From: Candidatus Saccharimonadota bacterium
GTDB lineage: Bacteria > Patescibacteriota > Saccharimonadia > Saccharimonadales > Saccharimonadaceae
DNA length: 32,000 nucleotides
Assembly (NCBI GenBank): GCA_025349965.1
Contig: CP075337.1
Location: 630,001 to 662,000 of the forward strand
Reading direction: 5' to 3'
Shown piece after piece: positions 1 through 7,515 of the stretch (position 1 is the stretch's first letter; every line of letters starts with the position of its first letter). The notes under the pieces were generated by a model. That model saw only the letters and a program-made list of their open reading frames with translations. It was not told the origin of the DNA and searched no databases. The position numbers were made by a program, and so were the translations under genes.

Positions 1-102
1 GCACTGGACTGGCGAGACCGACTGGCACGCCTCGATGCGCACGACCTGCTCGATGAGAGCAACTTGAGCCGCCTGGCTGAACTGGGTATCGCGTTCGCCT
101 AA
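1..102 (+). CDS. 3' end of a CDS truncated by the window edge, unknown product (...ALDWRDRLARLDAHDLLDESNLSRLAELGIAFA*)
   Basis: Frame 1 is open from the window edge to TAA at 100-102. GC-rich with mostly G/C third positions, unlike the rest of the window. Followed by a hairpin (135-151) and a terminator. Confidence 0.5.
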   Translation, partial: ALDWRDRLARLDAHDLLDESNLSRLAELGIAFA

Positions 103-167
103 CGGCGTCCATCTCTGAAAGCCTCCCCTTCTCACCTTGCAAACTGCAAGGAGTGAATTGCCGGGAG

Positions 168-202
168 CCCCCTGCACCGCAAGGTGTGGGGGTTTTCATT
201 TT
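168..202 (+). terminator. Rho-independent terminator
   Basis: CCCCUGCACC-GCAA-GGUGUGGGG stem (about 10 bp, two G.U pairs, GNRA loop) followed by TTTTCATTTT. Confidence 0.6.
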
Positions 203-215
203 CCGATGCTTTTCG

Positions 216-224
216 TGCTACACT
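216..224 (+). promoter_or_regulatory. Extended -10 promoter element TGcTACACT, 6 nt upstream of ATG 231
   Basis: TG at 216-217, TACACT at 219-224, then aagcgc and ATG. No SD between them. Confidence 0.5.
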
Positions 225-230
225 AAGCGC

Positions 231-899
231 ATGAAACAGACGATTTTACGCAATGTTACAGGAATTATTATTTTAGCAGTTGGTGCCGGGGCTTTGCTTG
301 ATGCGCTAAACGTCACAGCCTTCTGGGGGCTCTTTGGTACCTGGTGGCCCGTGCTTGTTATCTTGGCTGGTATCTTTACCGCCGCGGGCGACTTCCGACG
401 CAATTACATCTGGGCACTTGTCCTCGGTGTTGTTGGTACACTCCTCCTTCTCCGCAACTTGGACGTTGTATCATTTAACGTCTTTGGGCTTATCTTCCCT
501 ATTATTCTTATTGCCGTGGGGCTTTCGGTGCTCGTTTCAACAACGCGCCGACATAAAACTCCGACGACAACGCATGCTACCGACGATGTTTCCGTTATTT
601 TTAGCGGCAGCGAGACGGTAAACGCGGCGAAGGATTATCAAGGTGGACGCGTAACTGCTATTTTTGGCGGCGCAGTACTTGACCTCCGCGATGCGACAAT
701 CAAAAAGGAAGCAACACTTGATATAACTGCACTCTTTGGTGGCGTTGAAATCCGCGTACCGCGAGAGTGGCGTGTGGTTTCAAAGATCACCCCTATTGCA
801 GGTGGCGTTGAAAATAAAGCACAGGGCAAAGATGAACATGATGGGCCGGTGCTTGTTTTAACCGGGATGGTGGCGCTTGGGGGTGTGGAGGTTAAGTAG
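231..899 (+). CDS. LiaF/YvqF-like membrane protein (DUF2154-type cell-wall stress response family)
   Basis: ATG 231 is preferred because the ORF-track start at 153 lies inside the upstream terminator/promoter. About 4 N-terminal TM helices (ILAVGAGALL, WWPVLVILAGIF, IWALVLGVVGTLLLL, LIFPIILIAVGLSVLV). C-terminal beta-rich repeats (VTAIFGGAVLDLRDA, LDITALFGGVEIRVP, LTGMVALGGVEV). Confidence 0.7.
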   Translation: MKQTILRNVTGIIILAVGAGALLDALNVTAFWGLFGTWWPVLVILAGIFTAAGDFRRNYIWALVLGVVGTLLLLRNLDVVSFNVFGLIFPIILIAVGLSVLVSTTRRHKTPTTTHATDDVSVIFSGSETVNAAKDYQGGRVTAIFGGAVLDLRDATIKKEATLDITALFGGVEIRVPREWRVVSKITPIAGGVENKAQGKDEHDGPVLVLTGMVALGGVEVK

Positions 900-917
900 G
901 CCCTTCATACTTGCATG

Positions 918-948
918 AAAAGAACCCTGTATAATGCAGGGTTCTTTT
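918..948. terminator. Bidirectional rho-independent terminator
   Basis: AAAA-GAACCCTG-tataatg-CAGGGTTC-TTTT between convergent genes. It overlaps the TAA of the minus-strand gene. Confidence 0.7.
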
Positions 949-1327
949 ATTTGTTCTGAAGCCTATCCATATCCTCATGCTCCAACCCATAATAGTGAGC
1001 GATTTCGTGCCAGAGCGTACGTTTAATTTGCTCATAGAATGCTTCGGGAGTTGGCGAGACAGCCAAGATGGCATGTTTGAACAGAGTAATTTTATCCGGT
1101 AACGAGAACGCGCCGGAGCCACGTTTTGTTAGCGGGACACCTTCATACAGACCCAGGAGAAACCCTCCCCCTTCATCAAGGTGAGCGTTTTTGCGTTGAT
1201 GCTCGTCGGGTTCATCGGCATAGGTAATGACGACATTCTCAAGTCCCTTGATGTATTCCTGCGGAAGCTCATCCATCGCCCTCGAGATGAGGGCGTTGAA
1301 TGCTTCGTCAGTGACATCTATATGCAT
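947..1327 (-). CDS. Small zincin-like putative metallopeptidase (HExxH)
   Basis: HEIAH motif near the C-terminus (LWHEIAHYYGLEHEDM). Resembles the DUF1025/Zincin_1-type small proteins (family assignment from memory). Only a 3-nt gap to the ileS stop, so probably the same operon. Confidence 0.7.
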   Translation of the reverse strand: MHIDVTDEAFNALISRAMDELPQEYIKGLENVVITYADEPDEHQRKNAHLDEGGGFLLGLYEGVPLTKRGSGAFSLPDKITLFKHAILAVSPTPEAFYEQIKRTLWHEIAHYYGLEHEDMDRLQNK

Positions 1328-1330
1328 AGG

Positions 1331-4249
1331 TTACGCCTTTTGAAGGGTGACGGTGAGTTCCATGCCTTCAATGGTCGCGTCGATACTGTATTCGTATTCG
1401 TTATCCGCGAGACCACCCTCTACAAGTGTCTCTGCAGCAATCACGTCAGCATGCTCGGCAATTGCCTGCTTGAGCGTATCATCTTCCGTCTTGAGACTCA
1501 GTACAATGCGGTCGTCCACGTTAAGTCCAGCGTTCTTACGCGCAGATTGGACGTGACGAATCACTTCGCGGCTCAAGCCTTCACGGTGAAGTTCTGGGGT
1601 GATGTTTTTATCGAGAGTCACCGCTTCAATTTCACCGGCTTCATGTGTTACTGTCTTTACATTCACTTCTTCGGCAATAATAGTTTCATAGAACGCATCA
1701 AGTTTTTCACCACTATACGTCAGGGTTGAAAGTGGCTGGCGAATCTTGATCTGTCCCTGTTCGTCATCACGCTTCATACGGAGACCAAGCCCCTGCTCAA
1801 TCACTTCACGAGTGTGCGCCATGCGGTCAATCACAAGGTCGTTGACGTGCCCAACTTCTGGCCAATCAGTCAGGTGAACACTTTCGTTGTTCGTCATCTT
1901 GCGGTACAGTTCTTCGGCCATAAATGGCGCGAATGGCGCAAGCGCTTGACTGACACGAACCAGTACATAATGAAGAGTGCGGTAGGCAGCCTGCTTGTCA
2001 CCATCATCGTCTGACTTCCAGAAACGGCGACGCGAACGACGAACATACCAGTTTGAAGCATCGTCGAGGAATGGCAAGATTGGCTTCACAGCGCTTGGAA
2101 TGTCATATTCGTCCATACGTGCCTCAACCTCTTCAAGAAGTTGATGTACGCGGCTAATAATCCATTGATCAAGCGGGTTCTGAACAAGCCCCTCCACAGT
2201 GAGTGGATCAATTGGAAGTCCAGCAGCATCACGCATCTCATCGGTGAATTCCCAGCCATCAACTTCGGCATACATTGTAAAGAAGTCGTACATATTCCAG
2301 ACCATACTGAGCTTACGGGCAACATCACCAACGTCTTTGTCCTGAAGACTAAAGTCTTCACCGGCAAGGACTGGGGAGCTCAGCATGAGCATGCGAAGCG
2401 AGTCAGCACTAAATTTATCCATGAGCTCATTTGGATCAGTAAAGTTACCGAGGCTCTTGCTCATTTTACGGCCATCATTACCGGCTAATGTTCCGGTAAC
2501 AATTACATGTTTAAATGGCGCCTTACCAAAGAGGCCAACATTAATTGCTTGAAGGTAATAGAACCACGCCCTCACCTGCCCTACATACTCGGCAATGAAG
2601 TCGCCAGGGAAATTGGCTTCAAACTTTTCTTTGTTTTCAAATGGATAGTGGAACTGCGCAAATGGCATACTGCCAGATTCAAACCAACCATCAATCACCT
2701 TATCAATACGGCTATACGTGATGCCGTCCTTTTCAAAGGTAATGTCATCAACCCATGGGCGGTGGTAATCTTCCAGTTCAACGCCAGAAAGTTCTTTGAG
2801 TTCAGCGTAGCTACCAACAACAATTTGGTGCTTTTTGCCATCAGCATCATGACCTTCCCATATCGGCATGGCTGTTGCCCAGAAACGGTCACGGCTCAAG
2901 TTCCAGTCTGGTGCAGCTTCAATATTCTTTTCAAAACGGCCGTGCTTGATGTGGCTCGGGAACCATTCAATACCTTCGGTGTTTTGCGCCAACATATCTT
3001 CTTTTTGGCCAGCAATATCCATAAACCAGCTTGGGTGCGCACGGTACATAAGGCGCGTGCCACAGCGGTGACAGTGTGGGTACGGGTGACGAATGTAATC
3101 AATCTTCCATACTACGCCACGTTCATGGAGTGTCTTGGCAATTGTCTTGTTAATCTCCCAAACATTCTCGCCCTTCCATTCAGATTCAGAATAAAGGCCG
3201 TTTTCGTCAATGACGTGCACAACCGGGATGCCCTTTTCTATAGCAAGAATAAAGTCTTCTTCACCATAGGCAGGCGCGAGGTGAACAATACCTGTGCCAT
3301 CTTCAGCACTCACGTAGTCAGCCGCCCACACCTTGTGCGCGCCTTCGCCGCGGTCTTCAAAGAGCGGTTCATAGCTGAGGCCAACAAGTTCCTCACCCTT
3401 GAGTGTACGCACTACTTCATGTTCAAGTGGTTGATGCTTTTCGTCAGTCAGCACCTTCTGAACAAGATCTTTGGCCAAGATAAATTGTTCATCACCTACC
3501 TTTACTTCAACGTAGTCTAACTCTTTATTCACGGCTGTAGCGGTATTCGCAGGAAGCGTCCACGGGGTGGTGGTCCAAGCAAGCAGTGTTGAGCCGTTTT
3601 CAAGATGGAATTTTACATAGACGCTTGGGTCAGTGACGTCCTGATAAGCACCGGCGTCCATAGTAACTTCTGCCTTAGAAAGTGGCGTTGCATCACGAGT
3701 ACAGTACATAAGGACGCGCTCGCCTTCATAAATCTTACCCTTGTTGTAGAGCTCCTTAAATGCCCACCAAATAGACTCCATGTACTCTTTGTCCATAGTC
3801 TTGTAGGCGCCCTTGAAGTCAACCCAGCGGCCAATGCGGTCAATAGTATCTTCCCAGAGTGAACCGGTCTGTACCATGTTGTCGCGCGCGGTAGTAATGT
3901 ATTCCTCAAGACTAATCTTTGTGCCAATGTCACGACGGTCTTTTACACCGAGCTTCTTTTCAGTGAAGACTTCAGCTGGAAGCCCGTGACAATCCCAACC
4001 CCAGACACGTTCAACACGCTTGCCTTTCATGGTTTGATAGCGCGGTACGGCATCTTTTACGATTGAGCTAAGAAGTGTTCCGTGGTGTGGCACGCCGGTA
4101 ATGAACGGAGGGCCGTCATAGAAGACATAGGCATTGTCAGCTGGGCGAAATTCGACCGACTTTTCAAAGGTCTTGTTTTCTTTCCAGTACTTTACGATGT
4201 CTTTTTCATACTCAAGCGCGCGGCGGCGAGTGTTGGATTGAAATTTCAT
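1331..4249 (-). CDS. ileS: Isoleucyl-tRNA synthetase, probably type 2
   Basis: Class I aaRS signatures: GVPHHGTL (HIGH-type) and KMSKS (RKMSKSLGN), plus WDCHGLP and HYPFENKEKFE. Start placed at ATG 4249 with AGGAG 8 nt upstream and an ATGA overlap with the upstream gene. Confidence 0.95.
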   Translation of the reverse strand: MKFQSNTRRRALEYEKDIVKYWKENKTFEKSVEFRPADNAYVFYDGPPFITGVPHHGTLLSSIVKDAVPRYQTMKGKRVERVWGWDCHGLPAEVFTEKKLGVKDRRDIGTKISLEEYITTARDNMVQTGSLWEDTIDRIGRWVDFKGAYKTMDKEYMESIWWAFKELYNKGKIYEGERVLMYCTRDATPLSKAEVTMDAGAYQDVTDPSVYVKFHLENGSTLLAWTTTPWTLPANTATAVNKELDYVEVKVGDEQFILAKDLVQKVLTDEKHQPLEHEVVRTLKGEELVGLSYEPLFEDRGEGAHKVWAADYVSAEDGTGIVHLAPAYGEEDFILAIEKGIPVVHVIDENGLYSESEWKGENVWEINKTIAKTLHERGVVWKIDYIRHPYPHCHRCGTRLMYRAHPSWFMDIAGQKEDMLAQNTEGIEWFPSHIKHGRFEKNIEAAPDWNLSRDRFWATAMPIWEGHDADGKKHQIVVGSYAELKELSGVELEDYHRPWVDDITFEKDGITYSRIDKVIDGWFESGSMPFAQFHYPFENKEKFEANFPGDFIAEYVGQVRAWFYYLQAINVGLFGKAPFKHVIVTGTLAGNDGRKMSKSLGNFTDPNELMDKFSADSLRMLMLSSPVLAGEDFSLQDKDVGDVARKLSMVWNMYDFFTMYAEVDGWEFTDEMRDAAGLPIDPLTVEGLVQNPLDQWIISRVHQLLEEVEARMDEYDIPSAVKPILPFLDDASNWYVRRSRRRFWKSDDDGDKQAAYRTLHYVLVRVSQALAPFAPFMAEELYRKMTNNESVHLTDWPEVGHVNDLVIDRMAHTREVIEQGLGLRMKRDDEQGQIKIRQPLSTLTYSGEKLDAFYETIIAEEVNVKTVTHEAGEIEAVTLDKNITPELHREGLSREVIRHVQSARKNAGLNVDDRIVLSLKTEDDTLKQAIAEHADVIAAETLVEGGLADNEYEYSIDATIEGMELTVTLQKA

Positions 4250-4626
4250 ACTGATGGCTCCTGTGCTTTCGTTAATAATACTGCTTCCCATTCAGGTTGG
4301 CGGAATCCTATGAGGACGGTTTCTTTGGTTTCAATAATTGGACGTTTGATAAGTTTCGGGTTTTCAGACAGAATTTTTATTTGCTCATCTTCACTAAGAG
4401 TTGGGAGGCGATTTTTCATGTCGAACTCTCTGTAGAGGATGCCGCTAGTGTTGAAGAGCCTTGAGAGTGGTAGATTGGACTTTTGCCACAAGGTGGTGAT
4501 TTCCGTAGCGCCGAGTGGCTGGTCTGTGTAATCACGTGGTGTAAAACCTATATCATTATCACGCAAAAACTTCTCCGCCTTCTTGCAGGTTGAACACTTT
4601 TTGTAGCAGATAAAGTTTATTGCCAT
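4246..4626 (-). CDS. ArsC/Spx-family protein (N-terminal CxxC)
   Basis: MAINFICYKKCSTCKKAEKFL... and ...LIKRPII match the ArsC/Spx/YffB fold pattern. ATG 4626 is preceded by AAAGAGGT. The longer ORF-track start (4722) would run through the leader structure. Confidence 0.8.
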   Translation of the reverse strand: MAINFICYKKCSTCKKAEKFLRDNDIGFTPRDYTDQPLGATEITTLWQKSNLPLSRLFNTSGILYREFDMKNRLPTLSEDEQIKILSENPKLIKRPIIETKETVLIGFRQPEWEAVLLTKAQEPSV

Positions 4627-4838
4627 GAATACCTCTTTAAAATAATAAAAACCTTTCGTCCACCGGAGCCCATTTTCATGGGTGGTACCATCCGGTTTCC
4701 AAAAGGTTTTAACTTTCAGCACTTCATTATCGCTCTGACGTGGCGTTCACGTTGGGTTCTAGTCTCCGAAGATTTCTTCCCAAAACTCGCGGGTGATGGC
4801 CGCTTTCACACCAAGCATGGCGCTACGCTTCTATACAT
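4627..4838 (-). promoter_or_regulatory. T-box-like riboswitch leader (candidate Ile specifier) upstream of the ArsC-like/ileS operon
   Basis: Antiterminator-like fold: ACCGGA(4691-4696)/UCCGGU(4662-4667), a 7-nt bulge UGGUACC (4684-4690), and CCCAU-GAAA-AUGGG. The helix is extended by CCUUUUG/CGAAAGG and followed by a U-run. Upstream, a short hairpin (4802-4816) sits on a loop reading C-AUC-A-CC (AUC at 4795-4797). Confidence 0.6.
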
Positions 4839-4847
4839 AGTATACCA
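4839..4847 (-). promoter_or_regulatory. Extended -10 promoter TGgTATACT for the T-box-like leader
   Basis: The minus strand reads atatGGTATACTatg just downstream of the pilin stop codon. Confidence 0.5.
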
Positions 4848-4858
4848 TATGACACAGA

Positions 4859-5545
4859 CTACTCATAGGACTCGAGCATGATAACGCACCTGGACCACCC
4901 TTGGCTCGCCTGTCCGTCGTATTGTGCATTCGGAATGCCACCGCACGAGGGGTCCGTCCCGGCGAGCGCGAATGTAATAAAGTAGCGGGTTCCTGGTTTA
5001 CCAAGAGCATCCTTAGGTGCATTAGGAGGATAGACCCAGCCCATCCTGTTCGTGTAACTTGGGACGCGATTATCTGGCACAGTTGAGTACACGGGATTGG
5101 CAATGGAAAGTCCGCTAAATTGCAAGAACGAAGCAGAAGACGGACCAGGAAGCGTGCCGTACTTGCCAAGCGTATCGCTCAGCCAGCTTGCTTCAAACCG
5201 GACAGAACCATTATTATTCGTACACGCCCTCCTTGGCTGACGCAGTGTTGGGGATGCATTTGTAGAAGCTCCCGAATCTTGATATAGCGGAAAATCTTTT
5301 CCAAGACAGTAGTCATAAAAATCCGCCTGACCCTCACGTGGCCACGAGCCATTTTCAGACCTATACATAGTAAATAACTTCAAAGCATTGCTTGTTGTCG
5401 TGGTGACGGCAGAGTTTTTAGCACGGATAGTAATACCGTTATAGCTAGCGACCGTAATGGCGGCCAGTATGGCAATCGCAACGACAACTACGAGAAGCTC
5501 TACGATAGTAAAGCCAGCAGTGCGGATGATTCTTGTGCGCTTCAT
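4859..5545 (-). CDS. Type IV pilin-like protein (prepilin N-terminal motif)
   Basis: MKRTRIIRTAG|FTIVELLVVVVAIAILAAITVASYNG shows G-F cleavage/methylation motif, Glu5 and a hydrophobic helix. Confidence 0.85.
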   Translation of the reverse strand: MKRTRIIRTAGFTIVELLVVVVAIAILAAITVASYNGITIRAKNSAVTTTTSNALKLFTMYRSENGSWPREGQADFYDYCLGKDFPLYQDSGASTNASPTLRQPRRACTNNNGSVRFEASWLSDTLGKYGTLPGPSSASFLQFSGLSIANPVYSTVPDNRVPSYTNRMGWVYPPNAPKDALGKPGTRYFITFALAGTDPSCGGIPNAQYDGQASQGWSRCVIMLESYE

Positions 5546-5556
5546 TATTGCTACTT

Positions 5557-5565
5557 AGTATAGCA
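5557..5565 (-). promoter_or_regulatory. Extended -10 promoter TGcTATACT, 11 nt upstream of the pilin ATG
   Basis: The minus strand reads ttaTGcTATACTaagtagcaataATG. No SD. Confidence 0.5.
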
Positions 5566-5581
5566 TAAGCATTTTCTCGTA

Positions 5582-6442
5582 TTAGGCAAGGAATTGTTTA
5601 ATAATTGCGGCGTGGAGATGCACGTCATTCGCAAAAGCATGCTCCAACCCCTCGAGACGGACTCTTTCAATGCGCCCATGTGCACTGAGCGCGTCAAGCT
5701 TCTTTTGCATATACGCGTCATCCCCTATCTCACTTGCCGTGCCCCACGCTACCATTGTTTTCATCTGTGGTTGCCGTGTCATCACTCGCTTGAGACGTTT
5801 CAAGACAGCAATGCGTGACAGCGCCACTGCAATGGTTACATTTATAGGCCGCAAGAGCGCTTTATTATGATTGCGGTTCAAGGCTGCATCGCCTCGTGCT
5901 TTATGATACGTTTCGAGATTTGTGGAATTCACGTATTTCCCAAGGGGGCCATAGGTTTTTGAAAAGTCGCGCATTAGTTTTATAAGGTTTCGTGGGCGCG
6001 CAACTGGGTCGACAAGCAGTAGACCCTTCAAGCTCCCCCGTTCCATATACTCACTTTCAGTCGTTGCCTTCAGTGCGCCATAGGAATAGCCGATTTGGTA
6101 CCATTCAGAGATACCGTTTTGCTTTAAATAGTCGAGCTCTGGGGCAATAATTGGACGCATATCTTTAAAGAGCGCTACTCGCAATCGCTTTAAAAACGAG
6201 AGTTCCTGCGCCTTGAAATAATACCTATCCCCACTTGGGTTACCAAAGCCAATCACGCGATACTCAGGGTTCGTTCCGGCAATCGTTGCCAGTTGATAGA
6301 GCTGATTCGGGTCGAGTGGTGTCTCCATTGAAGTATGAACAACTATAACCCCCTTTTCTGGAGTGTGTTTTGCCGCAATATCCATAACGGGGACACCATC
6401 ACCGTTTTCAAGTGTATGAAGCTTCACTTCTCCAATGCCCAT
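5582..6442 (-). CDS. Alpha/beta-hydrolase-fold protein
   Basis: Nucleophile elbow GYSYG; C-terminal ...LEHAFANDVH is a possible His of a catalytic triad; length is typical. No SD or -10 box near ATG 6442 (see findings). Confidence 0.65.
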   Translation of the reverse strand: MGIGEVKLHTLENGDGVPVMDIAAKHTPEKGVIVVHTSMETPLDPNQLYQLATIAGTNPEYRVIGFGNPSGDRYYFKAQELSFLKRLRVALFKDMRPIIAPELDYLKQNGISEWYQIGYSYGALKATTESEYMERGSLKGLLLVDPVARPRNLIKLMRDFSKTYGPLGKYVNSTNLETYHKARGDAALNRNHNKALLRPINVTIAVALSRIAVLKRLKRVMTRQPQMKTMVAWGTASEIGDDAYMQKKLDALSAHGRIERVRLEGLEHAFANDVHLHAAIIKQFLA

Positions 6443-6593
6443 AGCTGCAAAATACTCTTGGTACGTGGCGTACTTCGCCTGCGTCTTGGCAAAGCGTGCA
6501 ACTGATTCGATGACTTCATCAGTGAAGACTTTATACTCTTTAAGGCGCCGTCGCGTTGATGAATAGAGAGATGTTTTGATAGTACACCCCTAT

Positions 6594-7235
6594 TTAAGCG
6601 AAGAGGTCAGCGCCGAACTGTACAAATACAAGCGCAATCATGAGTACAATCCAAGTTGCCACGATAAGTTGGTGGTATCCGCTCTTGAGGAAGTTTTGGA
6701 CTTTTTCATTTGTCTTTTTACCGAAGCCGAGGAGATTCTGACGTAGCGTAATATGGGTCACCGCCGCAAGCATCAGCGTACAGCTAAAGGTTACCACGAG
6801 ACACCATGGGCAAAGCACCTGAATGACGTACACACTGTTAAAGAAGAGCCAATAGGCAAAGATTGTACCGAGGAGTACACCGATGTTAAGCGCAAGAAGG
6901 AACCAACGCCTGTAGATCGCACCACCCCAAATTGCCGCTACCGCAACGGCTACGAGCACAGGAAACGCCATCAGGCCAATAAACATATTTGGAATACCAA
7001 AGAAGACACTCGCCTGCCATGTCTGCATAACCGTCGCACAGTTTAAGACAAGATTAAAGCTACATGAAAGCACCGCATCCGGATTCTTAAGAAGGTGAAT
7101 TTCCTCTAAACTCAGCACAAAAGCTGCGATGAGTGCCAACACCGCGCCAATAAAGAGTACGATAAACGACGTACGAATACTTCGCTCTTCGGTTTTACTG
7201 TCTTTCTTCTTAAATAATGCGCCGAATGCCGTCAT
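6594..7235 (-). CDS. Vitamin K epoxide reductase (VKOR)-family membrane oxidoreductase
   Basis: Polytopic membrane protein with a loop cysteine pair (CSFNLVLNC) and a CPWC active-site motif in a TM helix. SD AGAAGGA lies upstream of the ATG. Confidence 0.8.
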   Translation of the reverse strand: MTAFGALFKKKDSKTEERSIRTSFIVLFIGAVLALIAAFVLSLEEIHLLKNPDAVLSCSFNLVLNCATVMQTWQASVFFGIPNMFIGLMAFPVLVAVAVAAIWGGAIYRRWFLLALNIGVLLGTIFAYWLFFNSVYVIQVLCPWCLVVTFSCTLMLAAVTHITLRQNLLGFGKKTNEKVQNFLKSGYHQLIVATWIVLMIALVFVQFGADLFA

Positions 7236-7254
7236 GGTGTTTCCTTCTCTTTAA

Positions 7255-7512
7255 TTACGCGTAAAAACTAACTTCGTCAACAGTAGGAAGCGGAAGCCCC
7301 TCCCATTTATTCTGAACCTGACCATCGTCGGACAACGCAATAACTGTCGGATATTGCATAATGTCATACGTGGTGCAAAACCCAATGCCTTCACGAGTCT
7401 CGGGCTCAAGCGTTTCAAGTTCACGGCCTGTCACACTGGTGAAAAAGCGAAGAAATTCTTCTACAGCACGAGCCTGCTCGCTGAACTCTTTATACACCAC
7501 CACAACGCGCAT
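7255..7512 (-). CDS. Small thioredoxin/glutaredoxin (NrdH)-like fold protein lacking CxxC
   Basis: Has a beta-alpha-beta layout. VVVYKEFSEQARAVEEFL occupies the position where Grx/NrdH carries ..Y....CxxC. A cis-Pro-like motif is present (QYPTVIAL). The protein has a single Cys. Only a 3-nt gap separates it from the nrdR stop. Confidence 0.45.
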   Translation of the reverse strand: MRVVVVYKEFSEQARAVEEFLRFFTSVTGRELETLEPETREGIGFCTTYDIMQYPTVIALSDDGQVQNKWEGLPLPTVDEVSFYA

Positions 7513-7515
7513 GAG

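Noticed and set aside
2507-3520. 337-aa plus-strand ORF (and other plus-strand ORFs between 1181 and 4435) antisense to ileS
   Set aside because: They lie entirely within the well-supported ileS CDS, have no motifs and no start signals. These are shadow ORFs.
4627-4722. N-terminal extension of the ArsC/Spx-family ORF (ORF-track start at 4722)
   Set aside because: The extension would be translated through the T-box-like helices and U-run. The internal ATG at 4626 has an AAAGAGGT SD and yields the canonical family N-terminus (..CxxC).
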